Counted from the first letter of the stretch, positions 10,394 to 20,325 are shown. The stretch: DNA of 33,767 bases from Candidatus Hadarchaeota archaeon (GCA_964621445.1 CAZUNO010000027.1:1-33767); one strand, 5' to 3'. Notes: generated by a model not told the origin, from the sequence alone. Made by a program: numbers and translations.

Positions 10394-10464
10394 TACGTTA
10401 TATTAAGGTATACGATTACAAAAATGTAATACAAATTGGCATCCTCCCTTGATCCGGCGGAGTT

Positions 10465-10590
10465 CCCGGCTGGAGAGGTCTTTACACTATTGCATCTAAA
10501 CCGGGAAAAGAAACCCCCGTGACAATATTGCGGATTCTCTCACATAGAGAGTATGATAGGCTTTTTGGACACTCCACCTCTCAGCAAAAC
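10465..10590 (+). pseudogene. Fragment of a RelE-like small protein
   Basis: GWRGLYTIA...VTILRILSHREYDRLFG; no start visible. Confidence 0.4.
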
Positions 10591-10775
10591 ACGAAGTTAC
10601 TTTGTTCTCAATTTCCCATATCACCTGAAAACAAGCACCATTCCCTGCGTCCAGTTCATATATGATATATGACCCGGGGAAATGGTTTTATTTACTCCCG
10701 ACTCCCGGAAATATTGGGAACCATCCGATTAGACCGTCGAGAGAATCATTACCCATTTAGGAGAAAGACACTAAC

Positions 10776-11153
10776 ATGGAAACGATAGCCGCGGTGATCT
10801 ATGCAGCCTCGGCCGGAATAGTGGTGGTTTTCCAGGGTTGCCTGGCGATAGGGCTGCCTTGGGGTGCGGCATCCATGGGCGGGAAATATCCAGGGAAGTA
10901 CCCACCCAAGATGCGAGTTGTAGCTTTGGCCAATATGGTTCTTCTGGGTACTCTCATGGTGGTTGTACTGTCCGAGGCGGAACTTGTACTCCCGAATCTA
11001 TCATCCTTTTCGAAATATGCGATCTGGTTTGTGGTGGTCTTTTCCGGAATTGGCACGGTGCTGAACACCATCACCCGCAGTAAGATCGAGAGGATCTGGG
11101 CACCGGTATCTGCAATTCAACTGATCACCAGCATAATTGTGGCCATAAATTGA
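10776..11153 (+). CDS. Small 4-TM membrane protein, hypothetical
   Basis: Four hydrophobic segments; GLPWGAASMGG motif; AGGAGA RBS upstream. Confidence 0.8.
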   Translation: METIAAVIYAASAGIVVVFQGCLAIGLPWGAASMGGKYPGKYPPKMRVVALANMVLLGTLMVVVLSEAELVLPNLSSFSKYAIWFVVVFSGIGTVLNTITRSKIERIWAPVSAIQLITSIIVAIN

Positions 11154-11311
11154 CTGGAAGATAATTTTGCCATGCATATTTCTACTCAACAGGCAAGTAT
11201 ACCATACGTATATATCTGGCATCAGGAGATCATTATTTGATAACCAGGCGGTATACCCCGTGCCCCAGGCCCGGGAGTCTGTGGGGAGGGAGACGTAACC
11301 ACCGGGGCTGG

Positions 11312-11503
11312 CTTGCTGTATATGGTGCTGTTGGTCAGCCACCTCTGTCTCTTAGCCTCGATAAGCTATCTCTCCAGATTGCTACAATCAATTTCCCGCG
11401 GAGGTTTCTGGAGGTGGCGGGGAATGTCCTGCACGTGGGTTGAGTAGAGCTCCTGGGTCTTCTTGGAGTATCCCTTGAGGTCCCAGATGGCCCTGGAGGT
11501 TTC
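11312..11503 (-). pseudogene. N-terminal SAM-like fragment of a tyrosine recombinase
   Basis: LKGYSKKTQELYSTHVQDIPRHLQKPPREIDCSNLER*LIEAKRQRWLTNSTI, with an internal stop. Confidence 0.65.
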
Positions 11504-11860
11504 TAGTGCATCTCGACTTCGCAACAGGTGGATGTGTCGGCGTTCAAATCTCTTCTAGCTCTGAAATAGGATTTGTGGGTCGACTCATTCTCCTTTTCAG
11601 TCTTGGGATAATAGTCCGTGGGTTGGATCAGCACGGGTTTCGGTGGATGTACTTACTTGGGGGCCGAAAAAAGCAGGCATGGGCGAAGCCATAGATGCTG
11701 AGGGCCCCCTTTGACCTCGAGGGTGAAGGGGCGGTGTCTATGCAGGACTCCAGGACGTTTTCTTCAAGGCTAAATGTAGATACATGTCTGGACCACACAG
11801 CCCGTGCCATGCGAATCCGTTTTTATGCAGGTATCACTATGGTGATACGGTGGCCTTTCT

Positions 11861-12052
11861 TTGGAGTCGGTTCCCGCCAAGATGACCAAAAGGTTGATTG
11901 AAGAATTGCATAGGATGGTGGATGAGGGTTGGTACGCTAGTCGTAGCGAGGCCATTAGGGATGCTGTCAGGCGACTTGCAGGAAGAAGAAAACTTGATCG
12001 TCTGCAATCTGCCATAGAAGAGGACATCGAATGGGGTCTGCATGGCCATTGA
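11861..12052 (+). CDS. Ribbon-helix-helix antitoxin
   Basis: LHRMVDEGWYASRSEAIRDAVR; overlaps the PIN pseudogene. Confidence 0.8.
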   Translation: MESVPAKMTKRLIEELHRMVDEGWYASRSEAIRDAVRRLAGRRKLDRLQSAIEEDIEWGLHGH

Positions 12053-12585
12053 GTCAGCAGTTTCGGACACCGGCCCCATAATCCATCTCTCTGAGATCGG
12101 TGAAGTGAGAGCATTCACTATAGTCAGCCGTTTATTTATTCCTCGTGAGGTTTCGAAGGAACTAAGGACCGGTGCACGTCCATAGATCCCGGTGACTTGG
12201 ACTTCGTGGAAGAGAGCTTGACCGGTAAAGGCGAGACAGGAGAGAACAGGGTGGCCGTCTTCATCAGGCGTTGGGGCTTACAGATGGGGGAGGCACAAGC
12301 CATCGCTCTTTCATTTGAGCTTGGGGTCTCCCTCTAATTTTCACCGATGATCTGGATGCTAGGGCGGTGGCAAAAAGGTATGGAATCAGTCCCCACGGTT
12401 CGGTGGGAATCCCACTCAGGGCTTACAGAGAGGGGATACTAACAGATGTGGAGGTCATCGATGGTCTGAGGAACCTTCTTCTCCGCTCTTCCCTTTACAT
12501 TACCTCGGATTTGGTAAAGAGGGCCATAGAGTCCGTGAAGAATGAGAACATTGCAACGAAGGAGGACCGGGAAAACTTCTTGTGA
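12042..12585 (+). pseudogene. DUF3368-type PIN toxin, multiple frameshifts/stops
   Basis: MAIESAVSDTGPIIHLSEIG..., LQMGEAQAIAL and TDDLDARAVAKRYGISPHGSVGI in different frames. Confidence 0.8.
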
Positions 12586-12589
12586 CTTA

Positions 12590-12880
12590 CCATTAGTGTT
12601 AAAGAATACTGTAAAGGTCACCTCTATCAAAGATTTCTGATTTTTGTTCTTCTGCATCGTCCAAGGCAAATGAAGGGTAAATTACTTCAGCTTAGGTCGA
12701 AGTGATAACTCTCTTGCCTTTGATTTATCATCGAAAAAAGCTGAGGTGTCGGCGACGAGCCTCATTTACATCAAGCCCAAATCTTGAGGTTCCTCTGCCT
12801 AAATCGCATTACCCTCAATCCAGGTTCCACCAACCTTTCCTCACTCAATTGGATTGTTCCGTTCATAACCTCATAAACTA
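12590..12880 (-). pseudogene. Decayed antitoxin + PIN toxin pair
   Basis: ATG at 12765: MRLVADTSAFF..SKARELS..*, then YPSFALDD..EQKSEI; upstream LSEERLVE.G..V.. antitoxin-like tail ending TAA adjacent to the ATG. Confidence 0.55.
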
Positions 12881-12900
12881 AGTTTGGACTCTTGCTCCGA

Positions 12901-13033
12901 TATCTATCCGGCCTTTTCCCGACCTGACGAGGACGACCTTGGACTCGGTATCTAGATCCTCGACCCTTGGCTGGAGAGCCTGCGATATCCGTATCCAGGT
13001 TCCCTAGAGGATTTCGATGAGGGTGGTTATCTC
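12901..13033 (-). pseudogene. Box I fragment of a tyrosine recombinase
   Basis: LIEIL*GTWIRISQALQPRVEDLDTESKVVLVRSGKGRID. Confidence 0.7.
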
Positions 13034-13153
13034 TTGGTCGATATTGGGGGTTTCTCTAAGGGCGAGGTATTTTCTATAGTAGCCGTGCCATCAATTCCTC
13101 CCGGAAACGGCAACCTTGATTCTGTGGAGAAAATACAGTTTCGCTTAACGAAG

Positions 13154-13552
13154 TCAATCCGCTATCCTGATCAGATCCAGGCCCAATTCATGAAAATGCT
13201 CATCCTGCCCAACGGCTAACTTTGCCTCCAGGGCCCTGGCCGTGGCGGCCGCAAAGCTATCCCCAATTGGAATGGCCTTCCCCGCCTTTATCTTCGCGGC
13301 CCGCTTCCAGATCTCCCTATCCTCAATACCCACCATTTCAAGGCCAAATCCAAGCAGACTTGTGACCTTCTCCTCTGCCAAATCAACGCTATTTCTGGAC
13401 AGGATGTAGTAGAACTCCGTCAAATTCACCAGGCTCATGAAACCCTTAATCTCTCCCTCTCTGCACTTCTCGAAGTAATCCCTAACCTCACTGGCTCCGC
13501 TTTCACCCAGGAAGTACATCAGAACTGATTCGGTGTCGAAGACTATTCTCAA
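13154..13552 (-). CDS. vapC: PIN-domain (VapC) toxin
   Basis: IVFDTESV, VNLTEFYY, IPIGDSFAAATA, VGQDEHF. Confidence 0.9.
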   Translation of the reverse strand: MRIVFDTESVLMYFLGESGASEVRDYFEKCREGEIKGFMSLVNLTEFYYILSRNSVDLAEEKVTSLLGFGLEMVGIEDREIWKRAAKIKAGKAIPIGDSFAAATARALEAKLAVGQDEHFHELGLDLIRIAD

Positions 13553-13809
13553 ACCATATCCTCCAGCTCTTTCTCTCTTCCCGAATCCAGCTCTCTGCTC
13601 TTCCTGAGCAGCTCCTCGGAGCTTTCTTCAAATAGATACCTGAGCGATCCCATTTCCTCATCCGGGTCGGGGAGAGGCTTAACGAGCAAACCTTCCTCTG
13701 TATCCACGACTATCACTTTTCTGTCCAGGTTGTGTTTCCTCCTGAATTCGGCTGGGAGCGTTGCCTGACCTTTCTTTGTAATACTTACTATTTTTCCTTT
13801 CATAATCAT
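13549..13809 (-). CDS. vapB: AbrB/MazE-family antitoxin
   Basis: SITKKGQATLPAEFRRK; 4-bp overlap with vapC. Confidence 0.9.
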   Translation of the reverse strand: MIMKGKIVSITKKGQATLPAEFRRKHNLDRKVIVVDTEEGLLVKPLPDPDEEMGSLRYLFEESSEELLRKSRELDSGREKELEDMV

Positions 13810-13941
13810 GGCGTATTACTATACCATGATGTATTACTTAAATCTTACTTGTTATGTTTTCGCGCGCTTTGGTATATTCTCTAAGCGAGTAATATCTAAG
13901 TAATGTAATCATTTTATATAATTAACATATAACTTGGTTAC

Positions 13942-14676
13942 ATGAAAAGTACGCCAGTATCCAGGCGAGAGGCCGAGGTCCTACATGAGATTCGAAGCAG
14001 GGACATGCTCATATTCACTCCCAGAGATATTAGGAGATTCCTAAAAACCTCGAAGGTAAATACTTACCGCATCATATCCAATATGAAAAACAAAGGTCTG
14101 ATAACGAGGCTGGAGAAGGGCAAATACATACTAACCGAGACATGGGAGGAACTGGATATCTACGAGATAGTTCCTGGAATAATCAGGCCGTCATACCTCG
14201 GCTTCTGGAGCGCTCTCCACTACCACAGCATGACGGACCAGGTCCCAAGAACGGTCTTCCTGGCCACCGCCAAGAGAAAGAAACCAATGAAGCTCCAGGG
14301 CCAAACTGTCAAGTATGTTACCATCAAGCCTGCCCTTTTCTTCGGCTATGAACGGTTCGGCAAAGTAGTGGTCTCCGACAGGGAAAAAACAATAATCGAC
14401 TCCCTCAAACACCAGGAATACTCCGGGGGCATCGGCAACATATTCCCGGGGATCACCAACCAGCTCGACATGGAGAAGATGGTTGAATATTGTATAAAGA
14501 CGGGCAGCTCGGCAATAGCATCCCGGCTGGGATACCTTGCGGAGAGAAAGGGCCTGGAATTCAAAAAAGAGGAACTCAAATCCATGATAAGCACATACGC
14601 CAAACTGGACCCCGGGCGAGGAGACAAAAGGCTGGAACCGGAATGGAAACTCTATGTCAATAGGGAGATAATATGA
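13942..14676 (+). CDS. abiEi: AbiEi-family antitoxin
   Basis: wHTH (ITRLEKGKY), YLGFWSALHYHSMTDQVP, EKTIIDSL. Confidence 0.9.
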   Translation: MKSTPVSRREAEVLHEIRSRDMLIFTPRDIRRFLKTSKVNTYRIISNMKNKGLITRLEKGKYILTETWEELDIYEIVPGIIRPSYLGFWSALHYHSMTDQVPRTVFLATAKRKKPMKLQGQTVKYVTIKPALFFGYERFGKVVVSDREKTIIDSLKHQEYSGGIGNIFPGITNQLDMEKMVEYCIKTGSSAIASRLGYLAERKGLEFKKEELKSMISTYAKLDPGRGDKRLEPEWKLYVNREII

Positions 14677-15497
14677 TAACCAGAAGACAACTAAGGAGAG
14701 TTCACCGCGCCAACCTCCCATTACACATTCTGGAGCAGGATTATATCCAGGCAATATTCCTAAGAGAGCTATACCAGGAGGTCGATCTACTAGTATCCAA
14801 AGGAGGAACCTTCCTGAGGCAGGCCCACGGACTGGACAGGTTCTCCCAAGATCTGGACTTCACGCTAAATGGGGAGACCGATCTGGATGGCAAACTTACT
14901 ATGGCCGCCTCCAACCTCGAGTCCTATGGAATTGAGGCCTGGCTGGATAGTGAAAGGAACACCAAACTTTCCCGCACTGCCAGGCTAAGATACAAGGGCC
15001 CACTCTACAATGGATCCGAAAAATCATTGGGGACCGTGAATATCGAGATCTCCAAGAGAAACGACGTTTTCCTCGAACCCCAGTGGGTGAGGATGTTTTT
15101 CAAATATCCCGAAATACGGGTGGTAAACGTGTTGGCCCTTCAGAAAAAGGAACTACTTGCCGAGAAGCTACGGGCCCTCACCATGCGGGCTAAAGGACGT
15201 GACCTCTACGACGTCTGGTTCTTGATCAGGCAGGACGTGGAGCTGGACGCCATTCTTTTCGAGCGAAAGATGGAGGTCGTCGATCGTCCTCCCACAATAT
15301 CGCTGTCAGTCCCGGAATCGGAGTGGGAGAGGGATCTAGAAGTACTGCTCCCCGACCCCCCTAAATATTCGCTTGTCATTCAAGAAGTTACGAAGGCGTT
15401 GGAGAATAAAGGCTACCAGATAAATCGATTCGGCAAAGACCCGGATCTACCTACCTGGCAGGAGGAAGAGGACCGCTCCAAATTCCGCGAGGAATAG
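14673..15497 (+). CDS. abiEii: AbiEii-family nucleotidyltransferase toxin with a VapB-derived C-terminal tail
   Basis: KGGTFL, RFSQDLDF, EKLRAL.MRAKGRDLYDVW; the last 22 aa match the 18959-19162 antitoxin. Confidence 0.9.
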   Translation: MITRRQLRRVHRANLPLHILEQDYIQAIFLRELYQEVDLLVSKGGTFLRQAHGLDRFSQDLDFTLNGETDLDGKLTMAASNLESYGIEAWLDSERNTKLSRTARLRYKGPLYNGSEKSLGTVNIEISKRNDVFLEPQWVRMFFKYPEIRVVNVLALQKKELLAEKLRALTMRAKGRDLYDVWFLIRQDVELDAILFERKMEVVDRPPTISLSVPESEWERDLEVLLPDPPKYSLVIQEVTKALENKGYQINRFGKDPDLPTWQEEEDRSKFREE

Positions 15498-15543
15498 GTT
15501 AAAGGGTTAGGGGATTGAACAGGCTATACCCCTTTTCCTGCAT

Positions 15544-15822
15544 CTATCCCAGTAACTCACCAGCCCTTGAAATTACAGTACCACCGTGATTGACAAGATC
15601 GAGAAGATGCACATCCCCCATGATTATGAAATCTGTATCCCCTTCACAGCTGTTTCGATGACTGTGTTGTCATCCGGCTCATGTTTTATGATTTCGATTT
15701 CTCCGGTGTATATACAACTTAAGAAAAGAACAGGATCTCTCGAATATATCTATTGATTCTATTTTCAGGATCTTCCAAAAGAAGGCGGAGATAAGAACAT
15801 TCGTATCAAGCACAAACCTCAT
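15544..15822 (-). pseudogene. PIN_3 (TIGR00305-type) toxin remnant
   Basis: MRFVLDTNVLISAFFW ... EPDDNTVIETAVKG / DFIIMGDVHLLDL; deletion plus frameshift. Confidence 0.75.
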
Positions 15823-15865
15823 TTTCTAGTCCCCAAACAGCATATGCCGGGAAACCAATGGAATT

Positions 15866-16110
15866 CTATCCATGGTCTTTTCGATATTTCTGGATCGCCT
15901 TCTGCACTTGCTTCCTCTCTATACCATTTTTCTGCTCGTATTCCTCCCCCCAATCCACTAGCGTCTAAAATTCCTACCTTGAAGAGAGTTCTAGTCTCTT
16001 TAGGACTATGTATCGTCCTCGCCGTAAATGGCAAATATCTCCCCATTCTCCAAACCCATCATCCCCCCTTAGATGAGAGGCGGGTTAAACCAATGATCTT
16101 ACCATATGCT
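15866..16110 (-). pseudogene. AbrB-family antitoxin remnant
   Basis: IGLTRLSSKG / MGLENGEIFAIYGEDDT / IVLKRL / WGEEYEQKNGI..QVQKAIQKYRK, with stops. Confidence 0.7.
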
Positions 16111-16241
16111 TTTCTACTTTAGACCATCGGCTCGTAGAGCTGTCCCTATCCATGACGTTATGGGGCTGAGGAAGCTGACCTAGGGCCCAGGGTGAAGGGT
16201 GACCCCGGTTCCATGCCGCGGGAGACAACCGCTCTGACCTT

Positions 16242-17654
16242 GTGGTTGCGGACCCCCTAGCAATACATAATAGGTTAGAGGGTTTCAGGGGAGAGGTGAA
16301 ATGGCCGTCCTTGGGCGTGCGTAGACCCGGTTTCGTGTTATTCTTGGCCTTGGCCTTATTTCTGGTAGGGTTCTTCTTCTCGGTGGGTGTCGGGAGGATT
16401 GGAGTTCTTGGGGCCTCTTCTTTGCCGGTATACCAGGGAGACCTGGTTCTGAGCGGGAGCAACGTGACGATAATCGAGGATGATGAATTCAAGATCAATG
16501 GAAGCATTATCGTCGAGGAGAATGCCACCCTGGTCCTCAGGAACGCTCTGCTGAACTTCACCCAGAACAGCAATTTTGAGTTCGGGATAAGGCTTGAGAA
16601 TCCCTCGGGTGGCGATCCCCGTCTCTTGGTGGAGAATGCCACGATACTCGGGAATGACCGGAAGCTTAAGCTGGAGTTTTACGCTTCGAGTCAGGGCTCG
16701 TTGAGCATGCTTTCGGCCCCCAAGCTCTACCTTTTCAGCCGTGATTCGGCTGCCTTGACGATATCGGATTCCTCGATCTATCATCTCGGTTGCGTGGACG
16801 AATCGGTTATTGAGGTGTCGAACTCCTCCTGGAGCAGTGGGGAACTCCGAGGTTATTCGAGCTGCGAGGTGGTAAACTGCACCATGGACAGGCTGCAGGC
16901 TCTTAGTAGTGAGAAGATAGACGTGGTGGACTCCACGGTCATGCACACTCTGACGATCTATGCCTCGGGGGCCAACTTCTCGGCAGATCGACTTCTTTCA
17001 GGCATCTACTCCACCTGGAGCTTCCTGGAAAATTGCTCGGTTCTGGTGGCCCCTGACGGCCGGGCCACCAGCCTGTTCTTGACCGATACTCGGGTGAATG
17101 AGTGGATCATAGGGGTGTACTCTTCCTCCAATGTCACAGTATCGAACTCGCATCTGCGGATAGCAAACCTGGGCGATACGGCCCAGCTGCGGTTGGAGAA
17201 TACAACCATCAAGTACTGCAACGTGTACGATCAGGCCCAGGCCCTGGTCCACTGGCTTCTCGACGTCCATGTGGTGGGCTCGGCCGGGCAAGACGTTGCA
17301 TCCGCGGAGGTAGAGGCCAGTTGCCCGGAAGGGACCAACGGAACGGACGGAATGCCAGCACAGTCCGGCGTGACTGGGCCGGATGGCTGGGCAAGGCTGA
17401 CCTTGGCCGAGAAGCTGTTGAATGCCACTGGAGAGTATCCCGCTGGCATCTACACAGTCCGGGCGGCATACGGAGGCCATTCAGAGACCACGACGGTGAA
17501 CATGACCGGGAACAAGAGGATCCAGCTAGGCCTCACGGGTCTTCCGGTCCCGGAATCCGGTTCTCTTATCCTGGCCCTACTCATTGCCGCAATCCTCCTT
17601 GTGGGGAGAGCAAGATACTGGGGAAAGAAAAGGCACAGTCCCAGTCGACGATAA
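16242..17654 (+). CDS. Secreted beta-helix-like surface glycoprotein with carboxypeptidase-regulatory-like domain and PEF-CTERM-like anchor (true start probably ~16296-16317)
   Basis: Signal-like hydrophobic stretch, many N-x-S/T sites, repetitive beta strands, TGPDGWA motif, C-terminal VPES + TM + basic tail. Confidence 0.8.
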   Translation: MVADPLAIHNRLEGFRGEVKWPSLGVRRPGFVLFLALALFLVGFFFSVGVGRIGVLGASSLPVYQGDLVLSGSNVTIIEDDEFKINGSIIVEENATLVLRNALLNFTQNSNFEFGIRLENPSGGDPRLLVENATILGNDRKLKLEFYASSQGSLSMLSAPKLYLFSRDSAALTISDSSIYHLGCVDESVIEVSNSSWSSGELRGYSSCEVVNCTMDRLQALSSEKIDVVDSTVMHTLTIYASGANFSADRLLSGIYSTWSFLENCSVLVAPDGRATSLFLTDTRVNEWIIGVYSSSNVTVSNSHLRIANLGDTAQLRLENTTIKYCNVYDQAQALVHWLLDVHVVGSAGQDVASAEVEASCPEGTNGTDGMPAQSGVTGPDGWARLTLAEKLLNATGEYPAGIYTVRAAYGGHSETTTVNMTGNKRIQLGLTGLPVPESGSLILALLIAAILLVGRARYWGKKRHSPSRR

Positions 17655-17849
17655 GCTGGGGTTGGCGGGTGTGGAATGACAGGTAATGCTCGAACCTCCA
17701 CCGGTGTTAGAGCTTGCCTCACTTTGTGCCTTCATTTTTCAGCCGAAGCCGGGCCGAAAAAGCCAAACCCATATTTCTCCTGTTCATACGTTGGTTACGA
17801 TTGGAAACCCGAGGCACCCGATGGTTACAGAGGTTCATGCATGACATCC

Positions 17850-18242
17850 CTAGTAGGATTCCATCCTCAACCCATCTATCCTGCCAAAGTGATCGGAGTT
17901 ACGCGTCAGAACGGTTTCTCTGGCGTTCAGCGCTATGGAGGCTATCATGACATCCTCCGTATCTATAGATTTCCCGGCCTTGGCCAGAGAAGCCTTTATT
18001 TCGCCGGAGAGTTTTCCATCTTCGAAGGTGAAGTCCCTGACTGTGAGACCTTCCAGGACTTGCTCTAGCTTTTGAACTTCCTCTTCCGGTATTTCCGAAA
18101 GATGTGCACCCTCCCAAAGTTCCATAGCTGATATTGTGGTAATTACTGGGATTTCACTTCCGGAATCGAACTTGACTATCCAGTCTGCTGGCAATTCCCG
18201 TCCTTTTAGAAGGTCGATGAGCGCCGAGGTGTCCAGAATCAA
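17850..18242 (-). CDS. vapC: PIN-domain (VapC) toxin
   Basis: MILDTSALID, SAMELWEG, DTEDVMIASIAL, LTRNSDHF. Confidence 0.93.
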   Translation of the reverse strand: MILDTSALIDLLKGRELPADWIVKFDSGSEIPVITTISAMELWEGAHLSEIPEEEVQKLEQVLEGLTVRDFTFEDGKLSGEIKASLAKAGKSIDTEDVMIASIALNARETVLTRNSDHFGRIDGLRMESY

Positions 18243-18487
18243 CTCTGCAACTCCCTCTTCATGCGTTCCATTCTTCTCTCCCGTTCCTCGCGGTGGGTCC
18301 TACGGGCCTCCTCTATGGTATTCTCCAGACTGGCAGCGGATTCCGGACTTAACACGCCATAGAAATCCCTTAGCTTAATCGGGGTGCAAAGCCTCCTGAC
18401 GACGTCACTGAAACTCTCATTCTCCCGTTTCATGTTCTTGAGCCTTTCGTAGGCATCTTCGGAGAGGGAAATAGTCTTGGTAGCCAT
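18239..18487 (-). CDS. vapB: Archaeal VapB antitoxin (DUF217/COG1753 type)
   Basis: MATKTISLSEDAYERLKNMKRENESFSDVVRRL. Confidence 0.92.
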   Translation of the reverse strand: MATKTISLSEDAYERLKNMKRENESFSDVVRRLCTPIKLRDFYGVLSPESAASLENTIEEARRTHREERERRMERMKRELQS

Positions 18488-18497
18488 TGAATATACA

Positions 18498-18511
18498 TAC
18501 ACATATGTGTA
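18498..18511. promoter_or_regulatory. Palindrome TACACATATGTGTA, probable VapB operator
   Basis: Between the minus-strand TATA (TTTAAG ~18512-18517) and the ATG at 18487. Confidence 0.55.
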
Positions 18512-18579
18512 CTTAAATATACTTGACATGAACAAATGCGTGTTTCAATCCCGCAGAAATCCCAGCACCTACAGTTTAC

Positions 18580-18815
18580 CCATTATTTTTTCCTGGCGCT
18601 CTCCGTATCTATGACGACTTCTGGGTTCTCTGGCCGAAATCCTCTTAGCAACCAGCTTCTCTGCTTTTTTTACAAAATCGATCGTCTCGGGATCAAAAAC
18701 CACTTCATACATTCAGAAACCAAGCCTTTTTCTTGCCTCTTCCTCAGTTACAAAAATTTCCAGCTTTAATTCTTTCTCTTGACTTCTTAATAGCAAGAAT
18801 AGCCTCCTTACTCAA
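18580..18815 (-). pseudogene. Decayed antitoxin-RelE pair
   Basis: LSKEAILAIKKSRERIKAGN/FVTEEEARKRLGF*, then ATG at 18712: MYEVVFDPETIDFVKKAEKLVAKRI, truncated. Confidence 0.7.
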
Positions 18816-18958
18816 CGATCACGGGATAAAAATCCATGTTGTCACTTCGAATGGTTATCCTTTCCACCTCGAAATGCTCTCTAATGAAATGGCCCACATC
18901 ATTACTACAAGAATAAAACATATATATATTTGTCGTATATTACTCATGTACACGGAGG

Positions 18959-19162
18959 ATGCGTATGGCAAAGACCCTGAGATTGAAGGACGGGACCCAT
19001 GATCTACTCAGAAGCCTGAGGGAGAAAAGCCAAGCAAAAAGCTACGATGAGCTCATACAGAGGCTACTCGTGAAATCAGGTGAAATAAGCGCGTTCGGTA
19101 AAGACCCCGACCTACCCGTCTGGCAGGAGGAAGAGGACCGTGCCAAGTTCCGCGAGGAATGA
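18959..19162 (+). CDS. vapB: VapB-type antitoxin
   Basis: MAKTLRLKDGTHDLL..L....AKSYDELIQRLL; overlaps the PIN gene. Confidence 0.85.
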   Translation: MRMAKTLRLKDGTHDLLRSLREKSQAKSYDELIQRLLVKSGEISAFGKDPDLPVWQEEEDRAKFREE

Positions 19163-19562
19163 AATTCTACTTGATACTTACGCCTGGATCGAGTACTTCA
19201 GAGGATCCAAGAAAGGAGAGAGGTTGAAGAAAATTGTTGAGTCTGATGCCGAGATACTGACCCCCACAATCGTGGTGGCAGAACTCAGCGACAAATACAG
19301 AAGGACAGGTAGGTCTGAAGAATGGACGAGTAGGAGGCAGCTAATCGAACTGAGATCGGAAATCCTGCCTCTGACCCCCGACTCTGCTGACCACGCTGGC
19401 AGGATAAAGGTCGGAATGCGTGAAAAATATAGGGACTTCCCGCTCGCAGACGGGATGATCCTAGCACTATGCAGGGAAAGGAACGCGAAGCTATTAACCG
19501 GAGACAAGCACCTGAGAGGACTAAGGGAAACCCTTAATCTCAAAGCTGGTAGCCGCGACTGA
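19140..19562 (+). CDS. vapC: PIN-domain (VapC) toxin
   Basis: LLDTYAWIEYF, VVAEL, PLADGMIL, LTGDKHL. Confidence 0.92.
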   Translation: MPSSARNEILLDTYAWIEYFRGSKKGERLKKIVESDAEILTPTIVVAELSDKYRRTGRSEEWTSRRQLIELRSEILPLTPDSADHAGRIKVGMREKYRDFPLADGMILALCRERNAKLLTGDKHLRGLRETLNLKAGSRD

Positions 19563-20079
19563 CCGTGACATCTCCCTCGGTTAGCCGCTGCTAAATGAAG
19601 GGGTCTGCCTCTTCTCGCCCCAATTAATACAATCTCCCTCATTCCGAAATTCTTCTTCCTAAACATTGGATAAAGAGAACTCAGAATATCATGGTCCGTG
19701 ATATGGTCAAATGCCTTGAAATCCTGTTCCCTGGAGTCCCCACACAGACACATAGAGAAAATGAAACCTTTCCTCGATACATCGCTTGGAGATGGAGATC
19801 AATGTCTTGGACCATCCTTCTGGGCGATGTTGCAAGAGAGTGTGAGGTCTCCTGATTTCCCGTCAAAATTGGGACCATAAGATTGCATCAGGGCCAATCG
19901 AGATAACTTATCCTCTTCTAGCGCCCAAGGAACTTCCCCAAATGAATGAATTTCTCTGAATCGCAGAGAACTGGAGTTGAAGAGGACAGGTTCTGTTTTG
20001 CCTAGAAAGATTGAATTCTATCTCTCGGAGGAGGAGTAACCGGATTGGGCAATCCATATTCAGTGCCATGGCCCTATCA

Positions 20080-20208
20080 TTTCCATTGGTCTTGACTTTG
20101 ATCAAGAATCATCATTTCCCTGCATCAAATTATTCTCAAAAACGTGAATTACTCCCCCGCATTCAGGAAGTGAGGAATAGGTCAAGTTTTCGATATCCTG
20201 CCAGTTAT
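20080..20208 (-). pseudogene. 3' remnant of an AbiEii paralog
   Basis: WQDIENLTYSSLPEC..VIHVFENNLMQGNDDS*; DNA similar to 3892-4015 including downstream sequence. Confidence 0.8.
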
Positions 20209-20227
20209 TCCTGGGGATAAAGGAATA

Positions 20228-20325
20228 AAGCTGGCTTTGGATACCAATGTTTTGGCAGATCGCGAATTTTGTAAATGGTTGAAGGCCCAAGTTAAGATTG
20301 ACAAGGTCCTTCCAGCAGTTGCATC
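20228..20325 (+). pseudogene. N-terminal PIN toxin remnant
   Basis: KLALDTNVLADREFCKWL...LPAVA, then loses PIN similarity. Confidence 0.4.

Noticed and set aside
13911-13940. Possible dif/Xer site (TATATAA-TTAACA-TATAAC)
   Set aside because: The right arm is not an inverted repeat of the left; better explained as the abiEi TATA/operator
19760-20050. MKPFLDTS as another PIN remnant
   Set aside because: Only the first strand motif matches; downstream PIN motifs are not recoverable
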